Below are positions 1 to 7,876 of a stretch of DNA of 13,040 nt, in pieces (positions within the stretch are counted from its first letter, which is position 1; the number at the start of each line of letters is the position of its first letter). Origin of the DNA: Chlamydiota bacterium (lineage in GTDB: Bacteria > Chlamydiota > Chlamydiia > Chlamydiales > SM23-39). The stretch is from the NCBI GenBank assembly GCA_038534095.1, contig JBCAXK010000040.1, positions 1 through 13,040 of the forward strand, written 5' to 3'. Below the pieces are notes generated by a model. It worked only from the letters and a program-made list of their open reading frames with translations. It ran no database searches and was not told where the DNA came from. A program made the position numbers and the translations under genes.

Positions 1-81
1 TGCAGGAGATTGTGGAAAAATTGTGAAAGAAAGCTCAATACAAGCCTACACATGGTTGTTTTCGCCTTTGCTGCCCTGCTT

Positions 82-909
82 TTAAAAAGATTTTAAACAG
101 GTTCTTAACAAAGAGCAGTGGTGAATAGGGCTTCGATAGGAGAGCCACTGATCGGCATGTTCATCGAGCGTTAGGCCAAAATCCCGAATGAACATAGTTT
201 TCATGTCTTGCCGCGAGCAGATTGTGATGCTTAAGTCCATAGGTCCTGATAGAGCGATCGCTTTATCAAAATACTTTTGTAGAAAAGGGGAGCGTTCAAG
301 CGCTAAAAACATTTCCATTCCTCCTCGGCTGCCGCCAAGGATACATTTCTTTTCGGGCGTAAACTCCATCTGGAGCATTGACTCGAGCTTCGGGATAAAA
401 CGGACGAGGTTTTCTACGTCATCCACTTCATCTCCCCCAAATTCATCTTGGCCCTCGTTCATGCCTCCTCGGTAAGTGGTGGCGAGTACGGTATAATCTT
501 TTGCTAGGGAAAAATCATTTGCAGGGTTCATCAGCCCCAAAATTCGGTTGCCGCCTCGCAGGAAAACCAATAAAGGGGCTCTCTTGTATTCTGGCGTATA
601 AGAGATATAGCCCTTCACAGTGTGCCCATCTGATGGGTAATCAAATACAACAATATGGCGCTCTTGCTGAGAGATCATGGATTTATGCTTTTCTGCGACA
701 TCGGGGCTCATTAAAAGCATTTCAGTAATATCGTGATGAGATTGATCGGGGCTCAATTGATAGTACCGAATATTTTTTTTGCAAAGCTCAAAGATATTGC
801 GGGATTCTTTGAAGCGACTTTCCTGGACGTTTTCTGCTTGAAAATCCACTGTCCCGTAGAGAGGGGTTAAGATAACACTGACGCATAAGAGGAAAAGGGG
901 AAGTTTCAT
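82..909 (-). CDS. Secreted alpha/beta-hydrolase, prolyl oligopeptidase (S9)/YtmA-like; apparently C-terminally truncated (possible pseudogene)
   Basis: Signal-peptide-like N-terminus (MKLPLFLLCVSVILTPLYG). Motifs YPSDGHTVKGY, FLRGGN, YRGG..GQDEFGGDEVDDV and nucleophile elbow G-G-S-R-G-G. The ORF stops 13 residues after RSP, before the expected Asp and His of the catalytic triad. Confidence 0.8.
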   Translation of the reverse strand: MKLPLFLLCVSVILTPLYGTVDFQAENVQESRFKESRNIFELCKKNIRYYQLSPDQSHHDITEMLLMSPDVAEKHKSMISQQERHIVVFDYPSDGHTVKGYISYTPEYKRAPLLVFLRGGNRILGLMNPANDFSLAKDYTVLATTYRGGMNEGQDEFGGDEVDDVENLVRFIPKLESMLQMEFTPEKKCILGGSRGGMEMFLALERSPFLQKYFDKAIALSGPMDLSITICSRQDMKTMFIRDFGLTLDEHADQWLSYRSPIHHCSLLRTCLKSF

Positions 910-1030
910 GAATGAGCCTGGATTTCGAAATGGAAAGTGAAGATGGTAGTATACAGATCATAAAAGCGCAACTTTCGAAGCGCTTAAAAACCTCGATGGA
1001 ATCTATTGCCGTCAATCAGATAGATTCGTC

Positions 1031-1080
1031 TAGGAATTACATGGAGTTGCCTAGGATTGCCTGGGATTGCCTGGGATTGC
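1031..1080. repeat. 10-bp tandem repeat (CTRGGATTGC x3 plus two degenerate copies)
   Basis: ctaggattgc ctgggattgc ctgggattgc at 1051-1080, preceded by atggagttgc and taggaattac in the same 10-bp register. Confidence 0.85.
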
Positions 1081-1274
1081 TTAGCCCAGATGTTTCTTTG
1101 AAGCGCCTATTGGTTTTACAGCTTCTAGATACTCTAGTAGGTAGTCTAGAAAGTATCTTTTTTCGATGTTTCCCTTTGCTTCTTTGAGGGAAAATTTCTC
1201 TTTTCTAAGCAGGGTCAAGATGGAAAAATATTCTTGTTTTTTGTAGGCTGAAAGGCAAAACGTTAGAGGTCTAC

Positions 1275-2138
1275 ATGCAAAAGCAGGAGCTTTTACAGCC
1301 AATATCAGAAAAAGGAAAATCTCTCAAAAAAGGGAATATTTACCAGCATTATAAAGGCTTCCTCTACAAGTTGCTATCGGTTGGACGTCATAGTGAAAGC
1401 TTAGAAGAAGTGGTTGTTTATCAAGCTCTTTATGGGGATCGGGATATTTGGGTGCGCCCTTTAGAAATGTTTTTAGAGCATGTGGATTTAGAGGATCAAA
1501 AAGTGCCCCGTTTCAAGCGCCTTGCTAAAAATACAAAGCCTCTTACTTCTATCGCGTTATACCTTGCTGGGAATATTCAAAAAGGTCACGAGCAAGAGAG
1601 CCAGATATTTTGGACCAATGAGGATCGAGAGATTCTCCAAAAGGGCTTAGCCCCAAATCAGGTGGTTTTTTTGAATCCTGCCCTGAGAGCCGATGATCTA
1701 TCTGATCAAAAGGGAGCCTTTGGCCGAGACATGACGCAAGTGTTTTGCGCTAATGTCGTCTTTGTAGATGCTCGTGAGAGAAGAGGCCTAGGGGTTGGCG
1801 CTGAAATGATGTGGGCTAAAATGCATCATCTTCCCGTTCTCACCTTAGCCCCTAAAAACAGCCACTATCACCAGGAAGAACTCAGTGTCCTTGGTGTCAC
1901 CATCAAACCTTGGATCCATCCGTTTGTGGAATCTTTAAGTGACGCCGTTGTAGAAGACCTTCAGCAAGGAATAGCATGGCTAAAGGGGTTTCTTCTTGGG
2001 AAACGCCCCATCAAAGGGCCAGAATTTATCCATGAGACCATGAAACATTATCAAACAACGCAGTTTCCAAGTGATCATCCTATGCGTGAAATTTTCGAAG
2101 AATATCCTGCGTTACAAGAAAAAATGGCCCAAAGCTAA
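1275..2138 (+). CDS. DUF1653 domain fused to a nucleoside 2-deoxyribosyltransferase / Rcl(DNPH1)-like domain
   Basis: aa ~18-82 carry the DUF1653 signature (YQHYKG..Y......HSESLE..VVYQALYG...WVRPLEMF......PRF). aa ~93-190 carry ALYLAGNIQKG, FLNP, GRDMTQVFCANVVFVD, GLGVGAEMMWA and LPVL, the NDT/DNPH1 motif order with putative catalytic Glu177. SD-like GAGGT lies just upstream of the ATG. Confidence 0.8.
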   Translation: MQKQELLQPISEKGKSLKKGNIYQHYKGFLYKLLSVGRHSESLEEVVVYQALYGDRDIWVRPLEMFLEHVDLEDQKVPRFKRLAKNTKPLTSIALYLAGNIQKGHEQESQIFWTNEDREILQKGLAPNQVVFLNPALRADDLSDQKGAFGRDMTQVFCANVVFVDARERRGLGVGAEMMWAKMHHLPVLTLAPKNSHYHQEELSVLGVTIKPWIHPFVESLSDAVVEDLQQGIAWLKGFLLGKRPIKGPEFIHETMKHYQTTQFPSDHPMREIFEEYPALQEKMAQS

Positions 2139-2151
2139 GAGCTTTGTGTAT

Positions 2152-3561
2152 TCATTTGCTAAAAACATTTTTTGTCGAGGGCATTTGTGCCGAGTAGACC
2201 AAAAGTTTTGGAGTGAGTGATCCTAAGAGAATTCCGCTTAACAGAAACCCTGTGTAGAAGAAATCACTGCCCACATCTACATGCTTAGGTGGTATAAAGC
2301 CTAATAAAAACGCGCAAAAAGATGTAAAAAAACCGATTCCTGCGCAAAGGCACATGCCCACTTTTCCTCCTGGTACCACAAAACTTCTAGGGACATCTGC
2401 TTTGTAAAATTTCAAGCGAATAGCCGCTGCAAACATCATCATGTACATAAGAAGGTAAAACTGGGTCGTTAGAGAGGTAAGTAGCCAAAAAGAGCTGCTC
2501 ACGCTAGGCATCAAAAGAAAGACTAACGATAAAAATGTAACGATGATGCCCTGTAAAAGCATTAGGGCAAGTGGCATCTCTTTTTTATTTGTTCCTTGTA
2601 GATAAATGGGTAAATCACCCTCTTTTGCGGCCGCTAATAGTCCTCTGCTGGGTCCGATGATCCAAGTGCTCATTTGTCCAAAAGCACCGATCGCAATCGC
2701 TATTGCAATGAGCGGAACAAAAGCAGATAGCTTATAGGCTCCTAAAAATAGTGTAATGGTGTCTAGTACGCCTGAAACAAAACTGATTTTTTCTGTGGGA
2801 ATCACCATGGCGATCGATAATGATCCTAAAGCGCTGATAAAAAAAATGAGCGCTCCCGATAAAAAGATGGCACGTGGATAGTTTTTCTGTGGATTGATCA
2901 CTTCTTGCGCGTGCACAGCAGACATTTCTATCCCTGCAAAAGAGGTGAGCATACCTGTAGCGAGAACAAGCTGGTTTAGGCTGCTTAGATCTGGGAAAAA
3001 AGCGCGCCTAGAGAGTTCCATCTGCAGGGGATGGTTACAAAGCAGCCAGGTTATTCCCAAAAGAATGATGATCATCCCCGGTATGATTGTTCCAAAAATC
3101 ACGCCAAAGGTACTAATTTGACTAGAGAGTTTCATCCCCTTTAAGTTCAAAAAAGTAGCAAGCCAAAATAGCGTTAAAATCATGACTAGCATGTAGGTTT
3201 TATCGTTGGCAAGCGGAGGATAAAAAGCAAACGCAGCTGTGCCTGCGATAAAAGACAGCAATGTTGGGTACCAAGGGATATTGGTTAACCATAAGTACCA
3301 AATGGATAAAAATCCCATTTGATGACCAAAAGCCTCCTTGATCCAGACAAAAACGCCGCCCGACTCTGGCCAGCCAGTCGCGAGTTCCGCAGAAACAAAC
3401 GCAATAGGCAAGAAAAAAAACAGGCAAACCATGAACATCAGAAATAGGGAAGAAAATTCGTAGGCTGCAGCTAGAGGCCAGTTTCGAATACTACAAATAG
3501 CCGATATATTGATCATAACTAGTAAAAAAAGACTAATCACACGCGGTGTTCTTTCTGTCAT
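2152..3561 (-). CDS. APC-superfamily amino acid permease/antiporter (GadC/XasA-like)
   Basis: About 12 hydrophobic segments, with SIRNWP, VSAELATGWPESGGVFVWIKEAFG, FAGIEMSAVHAQEV.NPQKNYPRAI and WIIGPSRGL motifs. Start moved from 3627 to the ATG at 3561 (MTERTPRV), which has AGGA upstream. Confidence 0.92.
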   Translation of the reverse strand: MTERTPRVISLFLLVMINISAICSIRNWPLAAAYEFSSLFLMFMVCLFFFLPIAFVSAELATGWPESGGVFVWIKEAFGHQMGFLSIWYLWLTNIPWYPTLLSFIAGTAAFAFYPPLANDKTYMLVMILTLFWLATFLNLKGMKLSSQISTFGVIFGTIIPGMIIILLGITWLLCNHPLQMELSRRAFFPDLSSLNQLVLATGMLTSFAGIEMSAVHAQEVINPQKNYPRAIFLSGALIFFISALGSLSIAMVIPTEKISFVSGVLDTITLFLGAYKLSAFVPLIAIAIAIGAFGQMSTWIIGPSRGLLAAAKEGDLPIYLQGTNKKEMPLALMLLQGIIVTFLSLVFLLMPSVSSSFWLLTSLTTQFYLLMYMMMFAAAIRLKFYKADVPRSFVVPGGKVGMCLCAGIGFFTSFCAFLLGFIPPKHVDVGSDFFYTGFLLSGILLGSLTPKLLVYSAQMPSTKNVFSK

Positions 3562-4056
3562 AGCTGTCCTGATGAATAGTTGGATGAGCGGATTTATTTT
3601 GCAGCATATTCCCCGTAAATCGGTCAAGCTCTTTACAAGGATCGTAGGAAATACACTTCATTTTTATAACATGGTGCAAGCATTCTAACACTTACAACTC
3701 TTATGGTCATGCATTTACTGCAATTTCTATCTGCGCAGACAAAGCTGTCTTTGGGCGTGCTGGGGATGAAGGAGGTCTATACCTAGACTTTGTGCCAAAT
3801 ATTTTTTTGCTGCGAAAGCCTAGAACTAGGGTTTCTTACTCTTCTTGAGAGGTCGCTTTCATGCTCTTAAAAGTAGACGATTGTACGCATTTTTTACAGA
3901 TGGCCTTGGGCAATTTGAAAAGGATTCCACCGAACATCACCTAGAAGATCTGTTCTTGCGTATGTGAAAATCTGGAATATATTTCCCGACTTACACAATT
4001 TACCGAATGCGCAAAATAGAAATTTTTTTAAAAATAGTACGTTTTGAGAAGGTTAG

Positions 4057-4674
4057 ATGTTTTATAGAAAAATGGAGTTGGAGCTAATTGAAGCTGCTAA
4101 ATCTTATCCGATTGTCACTCTTTTAGGACCTAGGCAATCGGGGAAAACTACCTTAGTCAAAAAAGTATTTCCCGAAAAACCCTATGTGAATCTGGAGCGA
4201 TTGCACTTGCGAAAGCTAGCAAAAAGCGATCCAGAGGGATTTTTACAAGGATACCCTAAAGGCGCGATTCTTGATGAAATTCAGGCAGCGCCTCTCCTTT
4301 TATCCGCTATTCAAGTTAGGGTGGATGAATCAAAGCAAAAAGGAGAGTTCATTCTAACTGGAAGTCATCAAATGGCGTTACCTCAAGACATTTCGCAATC
4401 ATTAGCAGGTAGAACAGCTATTTTGCATCTCCTTCCGTTAAGTCTTGAAGAATTTAAGCTTGCTGGGGTTGTAAAGGATTTGGAGGATCTTCTGTTTGAA
4501 GGGTGCTACCCTGCCGTGCAAAGTGAAGGGCTGAGTCCTACAAAAACCTACGCAAATTATGTGGCGACGTATCTTGAAAGAGATATTCGAAACATGATGC
4601 AAGTCCACAATCTCGGTCTTTTTGAAAAATTTCTTGTTTTGATTGCTTCAAGAATCGGACAGATGAATTTTTAA
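4057..4674 (+). pseudogene. Truncated AAA+ ATPase of the AAA_14 + DUF4143 (COG1373) family
   Basis: Walker A GPRQSGKTT, Walker B ILDEIQ, LTGS, SLAGR, GCYP and YLERDIR are present. The ORF ends at RIGQMNF* after 205 aa, whereas this family is normally about twice as long. Only about 70 bp remain before the convergent MFS gene, so there is no room for the rest of DUF4143. Confidence 0.8.
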
Positions 4675-4745
4675 AATAGCTATCAAATTGTGGCAGCATC
4701 AAGCTAGCGGGCTCATCATCTAACATACGGAGCGCAGCAATTAGG

Positions 4746-6080
4746 CTATGTCAGCGCTTTTTTTGTTTTGATGACAATCCCTAGACCGACCAAAAGGAAT
4801 AGAGCAGCGATTGGATAAAATGTATTCACGCTTAGCGCCCCTACAAGAGACCCTAAAAGGGGAACAAGGAAGAAGCCAAGAGAAATCATCGACTGAGCAA
4901 TCCCCATCGCTTTTCCTTGCATATTCGGAGGAGCAGAAAGGGAAATGAAGTTGAAAGTGGAGCTTAAGGAAACAGCTCCCAAAATCGCCGATAGCGCGTA
5001 TACAGTAATGAACGAAGAAAATGTGGGCATCGTGGCTGCAAGAAGCAAGAGGATGGCTGTGATAAAGTAGGAGAGTTGCCCGATTGCTTGGATAGGCAAA
5101 ATTCTTAATAAAAGAGGCTTGATGATCGATCCTCCGATCGTCCACCCGATCCCTTGCGCCATCAGACCAATGGTAGCCATCTCTTGGGACACGCCAAATG
5201 TTTTTAACACATAAGCGCCGTACCAAGTGATCGAAAAGCCCCATCCTAATGTCCAAATGAGCATCAATAGAAAAAAGGGGCGAGTCTCTCGGGTTTTTAG
5301 GGCTTTATAGACCTTGGCGAGCCCTTTTTTTAGGTCGATGCCAGTTTTTTTTCCCTGGTTTTTGCCTGGTTTTTTTCTCTGTTTTTTATAAGTCTCTGGG
5401 AAAAATACTGCAATGGTCACCAAGCTGAGAAAGGTAATCGCTCCTGCAATATAAAAGGGGAGCGAGGGGCTAAATGATTTTGCCAAGGAAGGGTCTGATA
5501 AAAACCCTCCTAAAAGAAGTGCGAGCGGAAAACTGATGCCCCACACCACGGTCAAAATCCCATAATTTTTCGCGCGCTGTTTTGCGTTGGGACTAAGGTC
5601 GGCAATCGATGCGTTACAGAGTCCTTGGTTTCCAGAAAATAGCCCTGTTAAAAGTCGGGCGATGAATAGTAAGAAAAACTGTTTTCTTGCTAAAACCCAT
5701 CCTGTGAGAAAATAGGCCACCATCGTTCCGAAGATGGTGAGGGAAAATACCCGTTTTCTTCCAAGTTCATCGGCAAGATTGCCGATGAAAGGAGCAGCGA
5801 TGAGCTGCGCAATAGGAAAAGCTGCGTAGAGAACCCCCATAGCGAGCAATTTCTCTGCCACTGTGGGATTGCTCGTTAAAAAACCGTACTGCGGGTCGAG
5901 CAGAAGAGGGGGAAAAAGAACAAACACCATCGCATAACCGCAATTGTCAATCGCTGCAACGAAATAGATGGAAAAAAGCGCCTTTGCTCGGGAAATACTA
6001 TTGATAAGGACCTTAGAGTTTTTTTTCTTTATTAAACAAAAAAAACATTCTAGGCAACTTGCCCGGGAAACAAGGTGCAT
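4746..6080 (-). CDS. MFS drug:H+ antiporter-like exporter (DHA1/TetA-like); start uncertain
   Basis: 12-TM pattern, MFS motif A GNLADELGRKRV, motif B ARLLTGL, SIADLS...RAKNYG and C-half QGKAMG. The first 25 codons look non-coding, so the real start may be near 6005. Confidence 0.9.
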   Translation of the reverse strand: MHLVSRASCLECFFCLIKKKNSKVLINSISRAKALFSIYFVAAIDNCGYAMVFVLFPPLLLDPQYGFLTSNPTVAEKLLAMGVLYAAFPIAQLIAAPFIGNLADELGRKRVFSLTIFGTMVAYFLTGWVLARKQFFLLFIARLLTGLFSGNQGLCNASIADLSPNAKQRAKNYGILTVVWGISFPLALLLGGFLSDPSLAKSFSPSLPFYIAGAITFLSLVTIAVFFPETYKKQRKKPGKNQGKKTGIDLKKGLAKVYKALKTRETRPFFLLMLIWTLGWGFSITWYGAYVLKTFGVSQEMATIGLMAQGIGWTIGGSIIKPLLLRILPIQAIGQLSYFITAILLLLAATMPTFSSFITVYALSAILGAVSLSSTFNFISLSAPPNMQGKAMGIAQSMISLGFFLVPLLGSLVGALSVNTFYPIAALFLLVGLGIVIKTKKALT

Positions 6081-6111
6081 TTTTTGTAGAGAAAATTTTT
6101 CAGAGGAAGTA

Positions 6112-6346
6112 GGACCTGCGTTCCTTAGAGCTCTGCGCTGTAGATTGATCCATTTCAGCTGAAAAATGGGATAGCGCTCATCGCCAGGTTCATAGGGCGC
6201 CTAGCCCTTTTTTATGCATGAAGAAATTGCCTTGCGCAATTCTTCGTGCATTATGGGCATATCTCCCTTCCTACCATTCGCAATGTGCTTTCTTAAAGCA
6301 TTCCAAAACCGGTCTCTACCCGCAGGAAGGGCTTTTGCGCGCAAAA
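6112..6346. other. Intergenic region dense in inverted repeats (candidate structured RNA or attenuator leader)
   Basis: Nested stems 6112-6120/6182-6191, 6135-6140/6172-6177 and 6150-6155/6164-6169. Hairpin 6194-6208; 16-bp hairpin 6214-6251; stem 6265-6272/6324-6331; perfect palindrome TTTTGCGCGCAAAA at 6333-6346. Confidence 0.5.
6194..6213 (+). terminator. Intrinsic-terminator-like hairpin, oriented antisense to the flanking genes
   Basis: AGGGC-gccta-GCCCT followed by TTTTT. The stem is short. Confidence 0.35.
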
Positions 6347-6356
6347 ATAGATGTTC

Positions 6357-7763
6357 TTAGCAGATGGTTACATTCTGTTTCACCGCCTCTTTTAAGGATT
6401 TTCCGAGAAATATTGCCATGCATAACCAAAGAGCGAGCAAGGGGAAGCAAACCGCTCCACTGAGAGCCAGGTAATAGAACCGTCCAAGCTGGGCTCCAAA
6501 GGCACCTTGCAATGGCGCTAAAGACATGTTGAAGACCGAGCCCGCCTGTTTTGAAGAGCGGGAGCCAAAGGTTTCAATCCAGGCTTGCGCCTTGAATTTT
6601 ACTTCAGGAGTCGTCGGTATGTAAAGCTGGCGCAAAGCAGGCCCATTGAGAGCGTAATTGATGGCTTTTGATCCTACCATGAGGAGAAACAGAAACGAAA
6701 GAGTATCTACGCTCAAAAAGCCTAAAAGAGCCCCACCTACAATGATGGGCATCGCGCTTAAAGCAAACTCAATCCCTAAAAAGCGGGTAATGTTACTGAT
6801 TCCAAGAAGAAGGGACAGTAAACAGACGGCGTTGACGCTTGATCCGTATAGGCTGAAGTAGTTACTCAAGGCTACCCCAGAATAGACCGAGCTTGCTGCG
6901 ATTTTGAAGTTGAAATCAAAAATGGTGACCACAACCTCATAGATGAAGTTGGCTCCAAAAATGCAAAGCAGATACCGATTTTTTAGGAGCAAAGTGAGCC
7001 CTTCAAAAAAGCCAGGCTCCTTCTCCGAAGAGGATTCTTCCAGCTTTTTTCCATGGAAAGAAGCGAGCAAAGATTTGGGCGTATTTCTTAAAAAATACCG
7101 GACAAGGGGAATAATGAGTAGCGTGAAAAAGCCAAGAAGACTCATCGATAAAGCGTCTGTCAGCAAATGCAAACGGTGGGGAAGACCTCCAATACTGTAG
7201 GGGAAAATGATCCCTCCGACCTGTCCAATGGCAACAACGAGAGGAAATCCCCGCTTTGCGTGGATGGAGCTTGTAGTGTCGGCGGAAAATGCCCAAAATA
7301 GAGCGATGACCAAAGAGCCAAAACTCTCGACAAAGAAATACCAAAAATACCCCAAGGCTTGTAGGCCCATTCTACTTGTATAAGACAGCTCGGCAAAGTG
7401 GCTTGCGTCTTGTTGTAACAAACTCATCACAAAGCTAAGCAGAAGAAGAGAGGTTCCATAAAAGCAGGGGAGGATGAGCAACATCTTTTCTCGAGAGGTT
7501 CTCTCTAAGAGCTTGGTATAAAACAGCACAATGGGGAGCAGGGCTAACACCGATAGAGTTTTTGCAAAGGGTAGCTGAAATTTTCCTACAAACTGGATGA
7601 AAATGGCATCTTTGAGTGGTCTCAAAGTCCAATACACTCCGATGATCAAGGCAAAAATGAGCCCCATGCGTAGGAATTTTTTCAACTCTTCCCGCTCAAA
7701 ATCCCCAAAGTTGAAACGAAATAAATATTGAAAAAATCGAAGTAAATCAAATCTTTTATGCAT
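6357..7763 (-). CDS. Npt1/Npt2 (TLC, ATP/ADP translocase family) nucleotide transporter
   Basis: EELKKF, YWTLRPLKDAIF, FWAFSADT......KRGFPL...GQVGG, FDFNFK and KAINYALNGP....LYIPTT.EVKFKAQAWIETFGSRSSK are NTT-family motifs. SD AGGAG is correctly spaced for the second ATG (7763) and too close to the ATG at 7769. Substrate cannot be assigned. Confidence 0.9.
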   Translation of the reverse strand: MHKRFDLLRFFQYLFRFNFGDFEREELKKFLRMGLIFALIIGVYWTLRPLKDAIFIQFVGKFQLPFAKTLSVLALLPIVLFYTKLLERTSREKMLLILPCFYGTSLLLLSFVMSLLQQDASHFAELSYTSRMGLQALGYFWYFFVESFGSLVIALFWAFSADTTSSIHAKRGFPLVVAIGQVGGIIFPYSIGGLPHRLHLLTDALSMSLLGFFTLLIIPLVRYFLRNTPKSLLASFHGKKLEESSSEKEPGFFEGLTLLLKNRYLLCIFGANFIYEVVVTIFDFNFKIAASSVYSGVALSNYFSLYGSSVNAVCLLSLLLGISNITRFLGIEFALSAMPIIVGGALLGFLSVDTLSFLFLLMVGSKAINYALNGPALRQLYIPTTPEVKFKAQAWIETFGSRSSKQAGSVFNMSLAPLQGAFGAQLGRFYYLALSGAVCFPLLALWLCMAIFLGKSLKEAVKQNVTIC

Positions 7764-7790
7764 TTGCATTCTCCTTTATCTAGAAAATCT

Positions 7791-7860
7791 AGCATAGCTG
7801 GTAGCGATTTATTTTCATTGACGATAAAATAGATATGTTTTATCAAAAAAATCGATTTGA
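7791..7860. promoter_or_regulatory. Divergent promoter region with LTTR-type T-N11-A operator(s)
   Basis: ATC-N9-GAT at 7842-7856 and a weaker ATA-N9-GAT at 7794-7808. Inverted repeat GATAAAA-N8-TTTTATC at 7823-7844. Plus-strand TTGACG-N17-TATCAA at 7818-7846 (lysR). Minus-strand ATGAAA-N16-TATGCT with its -10 at 7796-7791 (NTT). Confidence 0.6.
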
Positions 7861-7876
7861 AAAAGAGACCTTTCCT

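Noticed and set aside
912..1187. 91-aa plus-strand ORF (and ORFs 788-1015, 1081-1302)
   Set aside because: It starts 2 bp from the divergent hydrolase start, leaving no promoter or RBS space. It crosses a non-triplet 10-bp repeat and has no recognisable motifs.
3562..4056. ~500-bp gap as a gene remnant or RNA gene
   Set aside because: Only short open stretches are present (e.g. MLLKVDDCTHFLQMALGNLKRIPPNIT), with no family I recognise and no tRNA or ncRNA signature. BLASTX would be needed.
4746..6080. Naming the MFS gene tetA
   Set aside because: Only family-level motifs are visible and there is no adjacent tetR, so the substrate cannot be inferred.
6100..6350. Identification as 6S, SRP, RNase P or tmRNA
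   Set aside because: The conserved signatures (SRP GGAA tetraloop with AGCAG, RNase P GAGGAAAGTCC, tmRNA tRNA-like ends) were not found. Kept only as an unnamed structured candidate.
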